From Heterodontus francisci (Eukaryota), in NCBI RefSeq assembly GCF_036365525.1, contig NC_090400.1:59425633-59489632 (forward strand): DNA of 64,000 nucleotides, written 5' to 3'. The notes under the pieces are model-generated. The model worked only from the letters and a program-made list of their open reading frames with translations, did no database searches and was not told the DNA's origin. This document shows, piece by piece, positions 27,543-41,008 of the stretch (its first letter is position 1; every line of letters starts with the position of its first letter). The position numbers and the translations under genes were made by a program.

Positions 27543-28230
27543 CAGGGTTAGACACAGAGTAAAGCTCCCGCTACACTGTCCCCATCAAACACTCCCAGGA
27601 CAGGTACAGTACGGGGGTTAAATACAGAGTAAAGCTCCCTCTACACTGTCTCCAACAAACACTCCCAGAAAGAGAAAAAAAAAACGGGGTTAGATACAGA
27701 GTAAAGTTCCCTCTACACTGTCCCCATCAAACACTCCCAGGACAGGTACAGTACGGGGGTTAAATACAGAGTAAAGCTCCCTCTACACTGTCTCCAACAA
27801 ACACTCCCAGAAAGAGAAAAAAAAAACAGGGTTAGATACAGAGTAAAATTCCCTCTACACTGTCCCCATCAAACACTCCCAGGACAGGTACAGTACAGAG
27901 GTTAGATACAGAGAAAAAAAAACGGGATTAGATACAGAGTAAAGCTCCCTCTACACTGTCCCCCATCAAACACTCCCAGGGCAGGTACAGTACGGGGGTT
28001 AGATAAAGAGTAAAGCTCCCTCTACACTGTCCCCCATCAAACACTCCCAAGACAGGTAGAGTATGGGGGTTAGATACAGAGTAAAGCTCCCTCCACACTG
28101 TCCCCATCAAACACTCCCAGGACAGGTACAGCACAGGGTTAGATACAGAGTAAAGCTCCCTCTACACTGTCCCCCATCAAACACTAAAAAAAAAACGGGT
28201 TAGATACAGAGTAAAGCTCCCGCTACACTG
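27543..28230 (+). repeat. 69-bp repeat array downstream of Tx1 with four A-tract scars
   Basis: Units interrupted by A-tracts directly before C(G/A)GG..TTAGATAC. Confidence 0.95.
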
Positions 28231-28920
28231 CATAGCAGTTCCAACATGTGAAATTTTATTGAAATTGCTTTTCCCAGTCTGCAGTGCCTGTATGCAAGTG
28301 ATAACATTTTTTGGTGGGTGAATTAATAATGACTGATTGGGATTAGAGTTGTCTCATATGCTGGCCTGTATGATTGTGTTCATCAGGTACTCTCCGTAAA
28401 GCTAGTTATGTTGCCACCTTGAAATCCGTTTTTCTGATTAGTGTAGCTCCAGTTGCAAGTCTGGCTTTAGCTTCTAATAACATTAACCTGATCCCTAAAC
28501 CCCTCCGACTTACTGCAGCTCAGTCCCTAAATAGAACCATTGTCAGAGGTCGCAATTGATTGTATAATTTATATTTCATTGCACAGTGAACCAAATTTCC
28601 CTTGCATTTGCTATTAAGTGTGTATGGTTAGTCTGCTGGCTGTCTAATCTGAACTGCAGTGAGCTGGGATTGTAGTTCCCAGTGGGAATCAGCACACTGC
28701 ATTGCCCTGAATCTGATACTGAATCACTAACTTGTTCAGAAAGCATTCATGATGGGTCATGAAAATGTCACCCAGGAGCAGTAATAGTGCTTTTCAAGGT
28801 TAGGGTTGGGCCTCATTAAGATCGCGTAGAGTTCTCCCAACTCTATCTAACCCGTGCTGTGCCTACCCTGGGAGTGTTTGGAGACAGTGTAGAGGGAGCT
28901 TTATTCTGTATCTAACCCTG

Positions 28921-29290
<370 letters not shown>

Positions 29291-29449
29291 TTACTCTGTA
29301 TCTAACCCTGTGCTGTACCTGTCCTGGGAGTGTTTGATGGGGACAGTGTAGAGGGAGCTTTACTCTGTATCTAATCCCCGTGCTGTACCTGTCCTGGGAG
29401 TGTTTGATGGGGACAGTGTAGCGGGAGCTTAGCTCTGTATCTAACCCCG

Positions 29450-29739
29450 TTTTTTTTTAACTTTGCAAAACCTAGCTTTATTTGTCGTGTAGATACACCG
29501 ACAGTTTATGCAGTGCTGGAGGAAGCCATTGCGGCGCGTCTGGGCTTCGGGGTGGTCCCTTCACGGAATCCATTCCTGAATCTGCGATACACCACCTTCA
29601 GGTGCCTCATGCGGCCTGTACCAGTTGTGTTTCTCCTTTTGGCTTTAGTACTCCAGTTGTACTTCCTCTTTCTCTCGGCAGGGTAGGCATATTTACCACA
29701 GGTCGATTTCTGCAGGTGAAATGCTTTGGCCCCACACCG
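29450..29739 (-). pseudogene. RPL37: 5'-truncated processed pseudogene of 60S ribosomal protein L37 (eL37)
   Basis: Minus strand reads [77 protein letters not shown]; intronless, AATAAA 29477-82, A-tail. Confidence 0.96.
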
Positions 29740-31354
29740 TGCTGTACCTGTCCTGGGGAGTGTTTGATGGGGACAGTGTAGAGGGAGCTTAACTCTCTAT
29801 CTAACCCAGTGCTGTACCTGTCCTGGGAGTGGGAATTTCAGTGGGCAAAATATGCCTATTTAAGGAAAGAATTATATTTCACCGTGAGAAAATGTTATCT
29901 AGTCTTGAATGTAAGCCTGAATGTGTTTCCCAGGATTTCCACAGTGCCTTTTCCTGACTCTCCTGAAAGGGAGAGCTTGGCCTGGCACTACTTTCGGCAA
30001 AATATCTAAACCTGCAGTAGACAGGCCTCTGGTCCTGAAAGCGAAGATCTGGATTTATATGGGACCTTAACCCAAAACAATCCAAACCTTGTTGGATGGA
30101 GAATTCCTTTGCTCTGTGGTCACTGTTATGTAAGTGAGATCCCACAAACAGCAACACATCAGTTGATCTCTTTTGCTCTTCCTTGGTGATGTGGTTGAGG
30201 GACAAATATTTGGGTAGTGGGAGAACTCCCTACTTCTCTTTGAATCATGTCACATAATCTTTACTTCCCACTGACGGATCCTGGATTTACTGTCCAATCT
30301 GAAGGATGATTGGAGTTCTTTGGGTACAGTGTTTTTCCGTGAATTCAGTAGCTATAAATATTTCCTTTGTACCTGGTTGACCTTGCAGTATCGCGATGCT
30401 GTCACAAACTCCTGCAGCTTAAGGATCACTCCTTACGACCAGCTGTGCACCGACCATATTCCAATACTGTGGAATCCCACTGGATTATAAGTACTTTCTG
30501 CTTTCCGAGTCGCTTATCTTTTCTTTCTCACCTGATGGCACCCTGCCGTTGCTGGGGTGCCTTTTCATGGGGACCAGCCCTGACCCAAGAGGCTATTCTT
30601 TGGATCTAGCTGTTGAAGCTCAGTCCAGTGCTATCTTGCCCAGTGCTTCCACTTGCATGCACCGGTGCTTGCCCAAAGATTGAACTTTCTGATGTATTTT
30701 GATGTGGGTAATGTATTTACTGAGGCTTTGGGGAAGTTGGCTATATAATATTGATATCTTGCAGGTTATGAGCAGCTCCTGCTGGCTAGCTAACGTCAAC
30801 CATGGATTTGGGGGCAGCGCTCTCTTTCCCGTCTGTCAGAAGCCCCACTCCAGAGACTTGAGTACATAAGCCAGGTTGACACTCCCAGCACCAGTACTGA
30901 GGGACTGCTGCATTATAGGAGGCACTGTCCTTAGGATGAGATGTTAAACCGAGATCCCGTCTGCCCTGTCAGTTGGAAATAAAAATAAATTCTGTGGCAG
31001 CATTTAAAGAATAGGGGAGTTCTTCCTGGTGTCCTGACCAATGTTTATCCAACAACCAAAATCACAAACAGATAATCTGGTCATTATCACATTGGTGTTC
31101 ATGGGAGCTTGCTGTGCACAAATTGGTTGCCACATTTCCTAATTACAACAGTGATTTCAAAAAGTACTTCATTTGCTGTAAAGCACTTTGGGACATTCTG
31201 AAATAGCAAAAGACGCTACAGAAATAAGAGTTATTTTTTTCTTTAGCCCAATGCAAAATATCAGTCTTGTTGCGTGGTCTATTGACCTCTGAATGTTTCT
31301 GTACAAGGCAGTGGTGTGTGTGCTGGGGAGCCCAGGAATCTTAAGTCAAAGTAG

Positions 31355-31564
<210 letters not shown>

Positions 31565-31846
31565 TAAGAGGGAGGGGAGTGGGGGGCAGGGTGGTTTCTG
31601 ATGAGCACCGACCTGGAACTGCAATAAGTAGGGATGCGGTTAGCATCGTAGTTATGTTACTCGATTAGTAACCCAGAGACCTGGACTGCTGATCCAGAAA
31701 CATGAGTTCAAAGTCCCACCAGTAGCTGGGGAATTTAAATTCAATTAATTAATAAATCTGGAATAAAAAGCTAGTCTCAGTAGTAGTGGCCATGCAACTA
31801 CTGGATTGTCGTAAAAATCCAATTACTTCACTAATGTCCTTTAAAG

Positions 31847-33007
31847 CAGCAGCTGTCTCACTTTTCCGTCCGTGGACCACTTTGGTGGGGCAAAAGACCC
31901 CGTGGACCACCTACTGGTCCAACCCCACCCACCTCGTTGGTCACTATAAAAAATACACATCAGAATTAATGGGAAGGCTGCTGCTGCTTTTAATGAGATA
32001 CCAGTGAGGTGACGTAGAGTTCCAAGCTGGAAAGTTTCAGTCTCATGTCGGACTCCGCATTCAGCCTGTAACTAGGCGAGTCATTCACATCGAACGCACC
32101 TTACACTTCATTGTACACTGCACTTGTTACCTTATTGACAGCAGAATCCAAGCATCGTGGTTGTGGTTCACAAATCATCTCACTCGCATTGTCACCAATT
32201 TTGTACCTTGCTCACACTCTCACTATCTCAAACCTCACTGGATTTGTGTTTCCGAGTAGCAGATTTCAGCCAACGATCCATATATACCCTTTTAATTGAG
32301 TTTTTTGAAAAAATTAAAAATAATAAGCTTCAAACCAGTGCATTCTGGAACTGGCAGTCCCAAAGTGTCAATTTGCCCAAAAATTTACAACTGTCAAAGC
32401 ACAGTCAAAAACAAAAACGTAGACTAAACAATTTAACACTGCTGACCAAAGCACTGGTGCCACAAGCATGCTCGGCCACATTGCCCAAACTGTGACAAGG
32501 CCACGAGGGAACAGGCTGGACTCATCGCTAGGTGACGCCACACACCCCAACCGACTAGTGTATACACTTATGGAAACTGTACATTTTTTGCTGGTTTTCG
32601 GCAACTAAATGTAATAAATTTATGTGCATTCATTTTTTAATTAAATATCAAGTAAATTATGAATTCATGCCAGAAACAAAAATAGAAATGTTTTCATATT
32701 CTAAGCATTCAAGATGTTCGAGAACATGTTTATTTGAAACAGTTATAAAATAATCCTCTGAGTAACGAACATTTATCTTGCATCTATATCAATCAAGCAA
32801 AGTTAACAGCAACATTAATCTTGCTTATAAAATTACATTGTTGTTTGCACTTATGACAACTCATGCCGCACACGCAGGAGCCAGACGGGTTGTGTGATGT
32901 CACGAGAGTGGTGGGGTTGGTGGTTCTGGCCTGTTCTCGCGTGCAATGCCACGGCTGAGGCTATGTCAGTTTGGCCCAGCCTGCAGATCACACTTTGGAA
33001 ACCACTG
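31847..33007 (-). mobile_element. Internally deleted hAT (Charlie/Buster-type) DNA transposon inserted into a SINE
   Basis: End CAGTGGTTTCCAAAG (minus), degenerate 8-bp TSD (CTTTAAAG/CTTAAGGG), transposase remnants MDRWLKS.. and RLNAESDMRLKLSSLE..KQQQPSH*. Confidence 0.78.
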
Positions 33008-34064
33008 CTTAAGGGAAATAAATTGCCATCCTTACCCCGTCTGTCCTATATGTGACTGCAGACCCACAGCAGAGTGGTTGACTCCTAACTCTTCTGCAAT
33101 GGCCTCACCACTCAGTTGTGTTTAACAAAGTGGCTCGCCATTTAGGCATGGGAAGTAAATGCTGACCTTGTCAGTAATGTCCACATCTTATGAATTAAAA
33201 AAAAAAGCCCCAACTCTGAGGCTGGGGCTAGAGTAGACTTAGTTAATATCTATCTGTGTGACATCTGCAGTAAGCTGCAAGAGCGCTTAATGTAACTCTT
33301 GTTGGAAACTCCGACGGAGGGGTAGGGCCCATAATAGCACAGCACTAAGGGGAAGGAGTAGGAGGGACGATGCAAAATAGTGATTTAAATGACACCAGAC
33401 TCTGGGTTTTAATAGCCTGTATATTGCAAGTGGAAGTTGAGGCAAGGAGTTCTGTAGTCGGAAAGTTCAGGGATAGGATGATCTGTGACTAACCTGTCAA
33501 AGTTCCAGTTACATGGGTAGCAGCAGTGTTTGTGAAACCCAAGAAGAACATAGGAACAGATAGAGGCCATTCAGCCTCTTGAGCCTGTTCCACTATCCAG
33601 TTAGATCATGGCTCCTCTGTCACTCGACTCCATTTTACATGCCTTGGCTCCATATCCCTTGATACCTTTACCCACAAAAATCTCACAATGTCAGACGTAC
33701 AATCTCCAACTGTGCCACAGCTTTTTGGGGGCCGGGGGTGGGGGAAGTTTTCCAGATTCCCACTCCCCTTTGCATGAAGAAGTGCTTCCTGACATCACCC
33801 ATGAACGGCCTGGCTCAAATTTTAAGGTTCTGCCCCCTTGTTCTGGACTCCCCCCACCAGAGGAAATAGTTTCTCTCTATTGACCGTATCAACTCCTATA
33901 ATCATTAACATCTCAATTAGATCACCTCTTAATTTTCTATACTCAACGGGACACAAACCAAGTTTATTGATCCTGTCCTCAAGCTTTTCATCCTTTAATC
34001 CCAGGTATCAATTTGATGAGTCTGTGCTGCACCTGAAGCTGGTACTGCTCATTAGAATGGAGGA

Positions 34065-34407
34065 ATTTATTTAGAGATACAGCACTGAAACAGACCCTTC
34101 GGCCCACCGAGTCTGTGCCAACCATCAACCACCCATTTATACTAATCCTACACTAATTCCATATTCCTACAACATCCCCACCTGTCCCTATATTTCCCTA
34201 GCTCCTACCTATACTAGGGGCAATTGCTAATGGCCAATTTACCTATCAACCTGCAAGTCTTTTGGCATGTGGGAGGAAACCGGAGCACCCGGAGGAAACC
34301 CACGCGGTCACAGGGAGAATTTGCAAACTCCCCACAGGCAGTACCCAGAATTGAACCCGGGTTGCTGGAGCTGTGAGGCTGCGGTGCTAACCACTGCGCC
34401 ACTGTGC
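34065..34407 (-). mobile_element. HE1-like tRNA-derived V-SINE
   Basis: A/B boxes (TGGCGCAGTGG, GGTTCAATTC), V-domain GGGTTTCCTCCGGGTGCTCCGGTTTCCTCCCAC, CR1-type tail. Confidence 0.88.
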
Positions 34408-35877
34408 ATTGGAGCAGGGATTGGGTGGGATTGTAAAGAAACAAAGCCTTGCATGTGCAAACTGGGTAATATCGCTATCTGAACCTGGCCCAGGGAGGGC
34501 AGTTGGTAGCAGTTTTAACATCAGTTTCCTCAGTGAAGAGAGCTGCTAAGCCTGACAGTGCAGGCAAGAGCTGAGTTACTGTGCAGAGGTGATATTTGAT
34601 GTGAAGAGACCATTGCCTTCAAATAAAAACCACTATCCTCTATGTTTTACAGTGTGAGAGTATGAAATAGTTATTGGTCCATCCAGACGACTTGTTATCC
34701 AGTCTTCAGTAGCCGCCTTGCTGCTGTGAGGGCCTCTGGGCTCCATACACTTCCCACAGCTGAAATTCAGGATTTACAATTCTGTAGAACTATCCATCCC
34801 AGTCAACCATGAATCCCATGGTATGCTTCACACAAGCCTCCTTTCATCCTATTTCATCTCACCTCATCAGAATTTCCTTCTATTCCTTTCTCCCTCATGT
34901 ACTTTCCAGCTCCACCTTAAGTGTATCTGTTCCCCTTAAGAGCTGTGACTAGCCCCACCCTGTTAGCACATAAATAGCCTTTCGAATCAATAGTGCTGCC
35001 TGTTCTGTGACAAACAGAATGGTGTATAAATTCATGACAGAATGCCCTAATTTAGAGTACTCTAGACCCCCCACCCCCAATCAATCTCTGCTGTATTGGG
35101 GAAGTACTGATCTGGACTCGTACTTTCCTGCAGAGGAGGGAGAATAAACTGGAGAGAGATTCATTTCCCATCACAGGCCACGCCATAGCAACCACTTACA
35201 GAGCAGCATTGGCAGAAGGCAAAGAGCTGGGAAGGAAAGATATGTGGGAGAAATAGGCATAGAAATGGTGAGGCATCAAAGCAGTTGCCTTTATATAGTG
35301 CCTTAATGTGTCTCAGTGTCAGTCAGGCTTCTTGTGTATTAATTTGAAGTATAGCTGGTTGCTATGGAGTACCTGAGCTGATGAGTAAAATAAAATGCTG
35401 AGACAGTATTCAGCCGAAAAGACTGAGTACCAAGGAGAACGATGGGTTCCTGTTGTACTGTTCCTACAGTCTGTATTGTGCTTCATTGGTAGGAGAACAA
35501 GATGGCAAGGCCAGAATGAGAATTGGGTAAGGTTAAGTTCTGACCCTGCAAAATACTGATGTAGTTTCAGCGCACCCTTTATAATGTGTTCAGTTAACAC
35601 TCAGACATTGGGCAGGAATGTCAGTGTACTCTCTTCGTGTATGACTGGATTCTGCGATGTCTGTTGGTTGGTAATTCCAAGATGAGACACTAAAGGAGGC
35701 CACGCAATTCACCTTGGCTCGTCCAACCAAAAAGACCCTAGGGCCCTCCCCATGCAACTATTACTGAAGTGATTCCGTGGTCTTCGCCACTTATTCTTTG
35801 TGTTCGGCTGTGTGCGCGAGGCGGTTACTGACATCAGTCCTAAACATCCCTTTTAGCTGAGACTTGAGAGACAGTAA

Positions 35878-36021
<144 letters not shown>

Positions 36022-39000
36022 TAGGACAGGATTGGGCAGCAGCTAAGTGGGTGGCAGGGGGGGGAGAGGAGAAGTCTGCGCTGAAAAATATACTGGTTTC
36101 CAAAACGTATTGTTACAAATTGAGTTGACTTGATGTAAACCAATCCCATTGCTGGTGACATTTCATTTATTTTGACACAGCTGAACATGCAGTTGGTGTA
36201 TTGTCAATGCTGGTGGGCTTCCCACAGAAAGGCACTCCTATCTTTTCTCTCAGCAGGTTTTCTGTTTCTCCTCCCAGTCAATTTCAATACATTCAAGGTT
36301 CCTTCCCTCCAGTTCCTCCCACTAAGATATGAAGCACAAAGCAGCATGTAAAGTAACCGTTGTATAAAAAAAACTAGAAAATCCTTAATTATCCTTTCGT
36401 AAAAAAACTTTATTTGATTTATCGACCACACTAAACTAATGCACCAACGTGGTTTGACTTAACATCCCTCTGGGATGAACTAGCAAGGCACTCCGTTGTA
36501 TTAAACCCGCTGCCAGTGGTTCAAGAAGGCAGCTCACCCCGCCCCCTCAGGGTAACTGGGATGGGCAATAAATGCTGGCATTGCCAGTGATGCTCACATC
36601 CCAAGGAGGAATCGCTTTTCAAATGCATAACTTGGTGTCACTGCTGTTTGTCTGAATTTGAGCTGGTAGTGTTTTCAGCTTTCCCAAAAGCAAGACTTTT
36701 TAAAATTTGCCTCAAGGTGCTGGATCTGATACTCATTCCTGAAATTTTTGCTGTTTCTCACCACTGTAGCACCTGGCCATTTGAGATGTAAGCACAGCCA
36801 GTTTAATCGTAGTCAGCTGCAACAGCAGCTTGCATTTATATAGCACCTTTAACATAGTGAAAACATCCCAAGGCACTTCACAGGAGCATAATCAAACAAA
36901 ATGTGTCAAGGAGCCACAGAGATGCAAGGACAGGTGACCAAAAGCTTGATCAGAGAGGTAGGTTTTAAGGAGTGGCTTAAAGGAGGAGAGAGAGTTGGAG
37001 AGGTTTAGGCAGGGAATTCCAGAGCTTAGGGCCCAGGCAGCTGAAGATACAGGCCCCCAGTTGTGGGACAGTGAACATTGCAGGTGTGCAAGGGGCTAGA
37101 ATTGAAAGGTTTTTGGGCTGGAGATCAGAGATGTTGGGGGGGGGGGAGGTGGGGGTTGATGGTGATGGTGAGGCCAAGGAGGGATTTGAAAGCAAGGATG
37201 AGGATTTTAAAATTGAAGGGTTACTGGACCGGGAGCCGAGGTAGGTCAGCGAGCACGGGGGTGATGGGCAAACGGGACTTGATGCGAGTTGGAATATAGG
37301 CAGCAAAGTTTTCAATGAGCAAGTTTACAGAGGATGGTAGGTGGGAGGACAACCTGGAGTGAGTTGGAATAATCAAGTCTGGAGGCAAGGCAAGGATGAG
37401 GGTTTCAGAAGCAGATGCTAATCTGTTATTCCATTCAAGCACCACCTGGCTAATGAGATATTAGCACATTGTGGCTTCAATTCAATGATCCTACCCTGTG
37501 TAAATGTCCTCTTTCTCTCCTTAGCAGCGCTGCTATGTGAGATCTTGAAACTGACCATAACTGAACAATGTCATTGTGTGTGAAATGATTTGGGGCGTTG
37601 GGAGAGATTGGATGAGATGCTACATCTGAATACAAGCGTTCACAACATTTTACTTTTAAACTGCAACTGATCATTTGCCAAAATTCTGCCAGCTTTGAGC
37701 AGTAGCCCAGTCCTGCCTGTGGCCCCTGTTTGACCTTTCCAGCGAATGCAGTCCCTTTAAGAACATTTGCAAACAAAAGCAAGTTGCAAACAACCTGAGC
37801 TTCTGCTGCTCATTTTAAATGAGAGGTATTTGTTTAAGTGATGAGACGAGCGATAGGGATTAATCTCCCCTCGCCATCTCTTCTCCGAAGTATAATACAG
37901 CAGAAGCACAGCACAGGTAACAAAGATCCCAGGCCTGGAGGTTATCGCTCCTTTTTAATTTATCAGCCTTGGTCCAGTGCTGGTGGAATGTGACATTGCC
38001 ATGGCAGTGAAGTGATACTGGATCCCTGCAGTACGGGATAGTACAGTGTCACTTCAGAATCACGTAAATATTTCATTAAATCCGCAGGCAGATGGGAGCA
38101 AACTAGATTATAACTTGTGAGAAGGAGACTTTTTTTTACAAGGTGAAGGGACATCCTCTCCGCTCCTATAATCTTGTACGCTGAATTATTTTCCAGTGCA
38201 CTGACTATAATGAATGCAAATGCAGCTGGCTTTTTAGTGCACAGCCTGATCCCACAAACAGCTGTGAGTTGTGTCACCTGACCTTCATGTGGTGCTGTGG
38301 AATCTTTTAACATCTGCCTGAGTGGGCAGACGGGGACCTTGATTTAATGTCACCGCCAAGAGCGGCATCGATGATAATGCAGCACGCTCTCACAACTACA
38401 CTGGCGTGACAGCCTATGTTATGAGTTCATGCCCCATAATGAGATGTGGGGTGCTGCTGAGCAGAAGCCCTTGCCCAATGGTATCACCCAATGCTGCAGT
38501 GCCATCAGTGATGGGGTGTGGATTTGAGTTCATGTTTTACCACCTGCCCCACTCCATCCCCCACCACCCCCCCCCCCCCCACCACCGCACCATCCTAATC
38601 CTAATCTCCAAGGAAATACTGAGCATGTATATAATATAGATAATATATTCTGCTGTGAGAGACCCTCCAACCCTTTGATCCCAGAATACATGCCCAAGCA
38701 CACTCCAATTACTGCCATCTGCTGTTGCTTCAAAGTCTCGTGTCCTGGCCTTGTCACTCCCCCAGCCAGCTCCTTCCAGCTGCTCTGTGTATTGGAGGGG
38801 GGGAAATGAATACTTGTTTGTTTATTTCTACATACCGTTCCTGGCTGAGCAAGGGTCAGGGCAGGCCTGTGAGCTGTACCCAAAACTCTGTCCCCCTTCG
38901 TGTGAAGCTTCTCATCGATCTCCTTCCATCTGCAGTCACGGGGGAAGCATGGCCCCTTTATAGCACCAACCCCAGCCATGGCACAGCCTCAGGAAATAGA

Positions 39001-39868
39001 TAGGGGAATAGGCACTTTGTGTTTTCAAGATACTGAGTTGCCTTGTATTTTCACTGGGTCCTTGGCATTGGTGTGTGGAAGCTGGGCTAACCCAACCTTC
39101 TAGTAACGCTCCCTTCCCACCTTTCTCTGGTGGAGAGCAGAAAAGGAAAATGGAGAAAGTCCAAATCGCAGCTCACCCACGTTCAATCATCCAGTTGGAA
39201 TGTGAACGATGCCCAGAGGGACCCAGAGCATCAAATCTGCCATGGGTCTTGGATGAAAAGGAGGCCGGATACAAACCAACCAAAGGCTGTATTACAAGCA
39301 GCACCCTCACCTCTTCAATAAAGTACATTAACCAAGGACTGTGTTAATTCTCTAGTAACTCAGATTGAGAGTTCAAATCCCAACATGGGATATGGAATTC
39401 AGTAACTTTGGTAATTCCTGGATTTGCACTGTATAAAATGACTGACAGCTGTTGGATTGTCATCAAAAAAAACACTGACTGTCCAGTGCCCTTCAGAGAA
39501 GGGAATCTACCACTCCCACATGTGACTCTCTGAGTCATCCCACCCCACGGGTGAATCTTGGGCCCTGGGGCAATATGGGATGGGCAGCAAATGCAGCCAT
39601 GTTATTGTCACCGTATTCTGAAAAATGAAAGAATAAATACACAGCGAAGATGAAATTAATTCTAATTGGTTGGGCTTAATTAGTAATGATGCAATGCAGC
39701 ATACCTGGTGATATTGTGAACTGATCGCAGTACTTGCCAGTGGTGACTGGGTTGTGCAGCCTTGCATGGTTCAAGAGTCAGTCTCTGATGTATAATTCCT
39801 GCTGGTTTTGCAATGTCTTTACACCTCTTTCTTTTCACTCCTATGTCGCTCTGTGCTGCTGACCCCAG

Positions 39869-39876
39869 TCATTACG
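39869..39876 (+). CDS. PITPNA: PITP alpha 8-nt micro-exon 5 (V-I-T)
   Basis: CAG|TCATTACG|GTGAGT; exactly restores frame and the residues RT-VIT-NEY between exons 4 and 6. Confidence 0.9.
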
Positions 39877-39961
39877 GTGAGTGTTCATGGAAGGATCAGT
39901 TTCTTTCAGTTGTAATTTAGTGATATTCCAACTCTAAAAATTATAAATCCTCATCTTATAG

Positions 39962-40036
39962 AACGAATACATGAAGGATGACTTCCTGATCAAAATTGAA
40001 ACCTGGCACAAGCCTGACATGGGCAACATGGACAAT
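39962..40036 (+). CDS. PITPNA: PITP alpha exon 6 ([25 protein letters not shown])
   Basis: TAG acceptor, GTGAGT donor, conserved PITP peptide. Confidence 0.95.
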
Positions 40037-40045
40037 GTGAGTAAT

Positions 40046-40705
40046 AGACCTGTCCCCACCAGTACTGTACCCCAGTCTTGTACAGTGACAGACCTGTCCC
40101 CACCAGTACTGTACCCCAGTCTTGTACAGTGACAGACCTGTCCCCACCAGTACTGTACCCCAGTCTTGTACAGTGACAGACCTGTCCCCACCAGTACTGT
40201 ACCCCAGTGTTATACAGTGACAGACCTGTCCCCACCAGTACTGTACCAGTGTTATACAGTGACAGACCTGTCCCCACCAGTACTGTACCCCAGTGTTATA
40301 CAGTGACAGACCTGTCCCCACCAGTACTGTACCCCAGTGTTATACAGTCAGACCTGTCCCCACCAGTACTGTACCCCAGTGTTACAGTGACAGACCTGTC
40401 CCCACCAGTACTGTACCCCAGTGTTATACAGTGACAGACCTGTCCCCACCAGTACTGTACCCCAGTCTTGTACAGTGACACCTGTCCCCACCAGTACTGT
40501 ACCCCAGTGTTATACAGTGACAGACCTGTCCCCACCAGTACTGTACCAGTGTTATACAGTGACAGACCTGTCCCCACCAGTACTGTACCCCAGTGTTATA
40601 CAGTGACAGACCTGTCCCCACCAGTACTGTACCCCAGTGTTATGCAGTGAAGCACCTGTCCTCACCGGTAGTGTACCCATTTTGCAGTAACCGACCTGTC
40701 CCCCA
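40046..40705 (+). repeat. 44-bp minisatellite (~14 units) in PITP intron 6
   Basis: Unit GACAGACCTGTCCCCACCAGTACTGTACCCCAGTGTTATACAGT. Confidence 0.95.
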
Positions 40706-40924
40706 GTGGCCAGTGAAGGTCAGTTTTTGCCTCCAGGTGAATGGGCACAGTCTAAGAAAAGCTGGCTGTCTTCCCCTCATCTGCCTAGCGGCAGCTTTAA
40801 CAAATGCCCCGTTGATGTGTCAGTGCTGACGGTGTTTGAGCTCTGCAGCACTGAGTGAAAAGGGTCTTTGAGGGAGATGTTCGACTTTCTCTGTTTATCT
40901 CTGTTTCCACTCTGACTCTGGCAG

Positions 40925-41008
40925 GTACACAGCTTGGAACACAACACGTGGAAAAATGTTGAAATTGTTCACCTAGACATTGCTGACCGGACCCAGATCC
41001 ACTCACGG
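40925..41008 (+). CDS. PITPNA: PITP alpha exon 7 (VHSLEHNTWKNVEIVHLDIADRTQIHSR)
   Basis: CAG acceptor, GTGAGT donor, DIADR motif. Confidence 0.93.
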
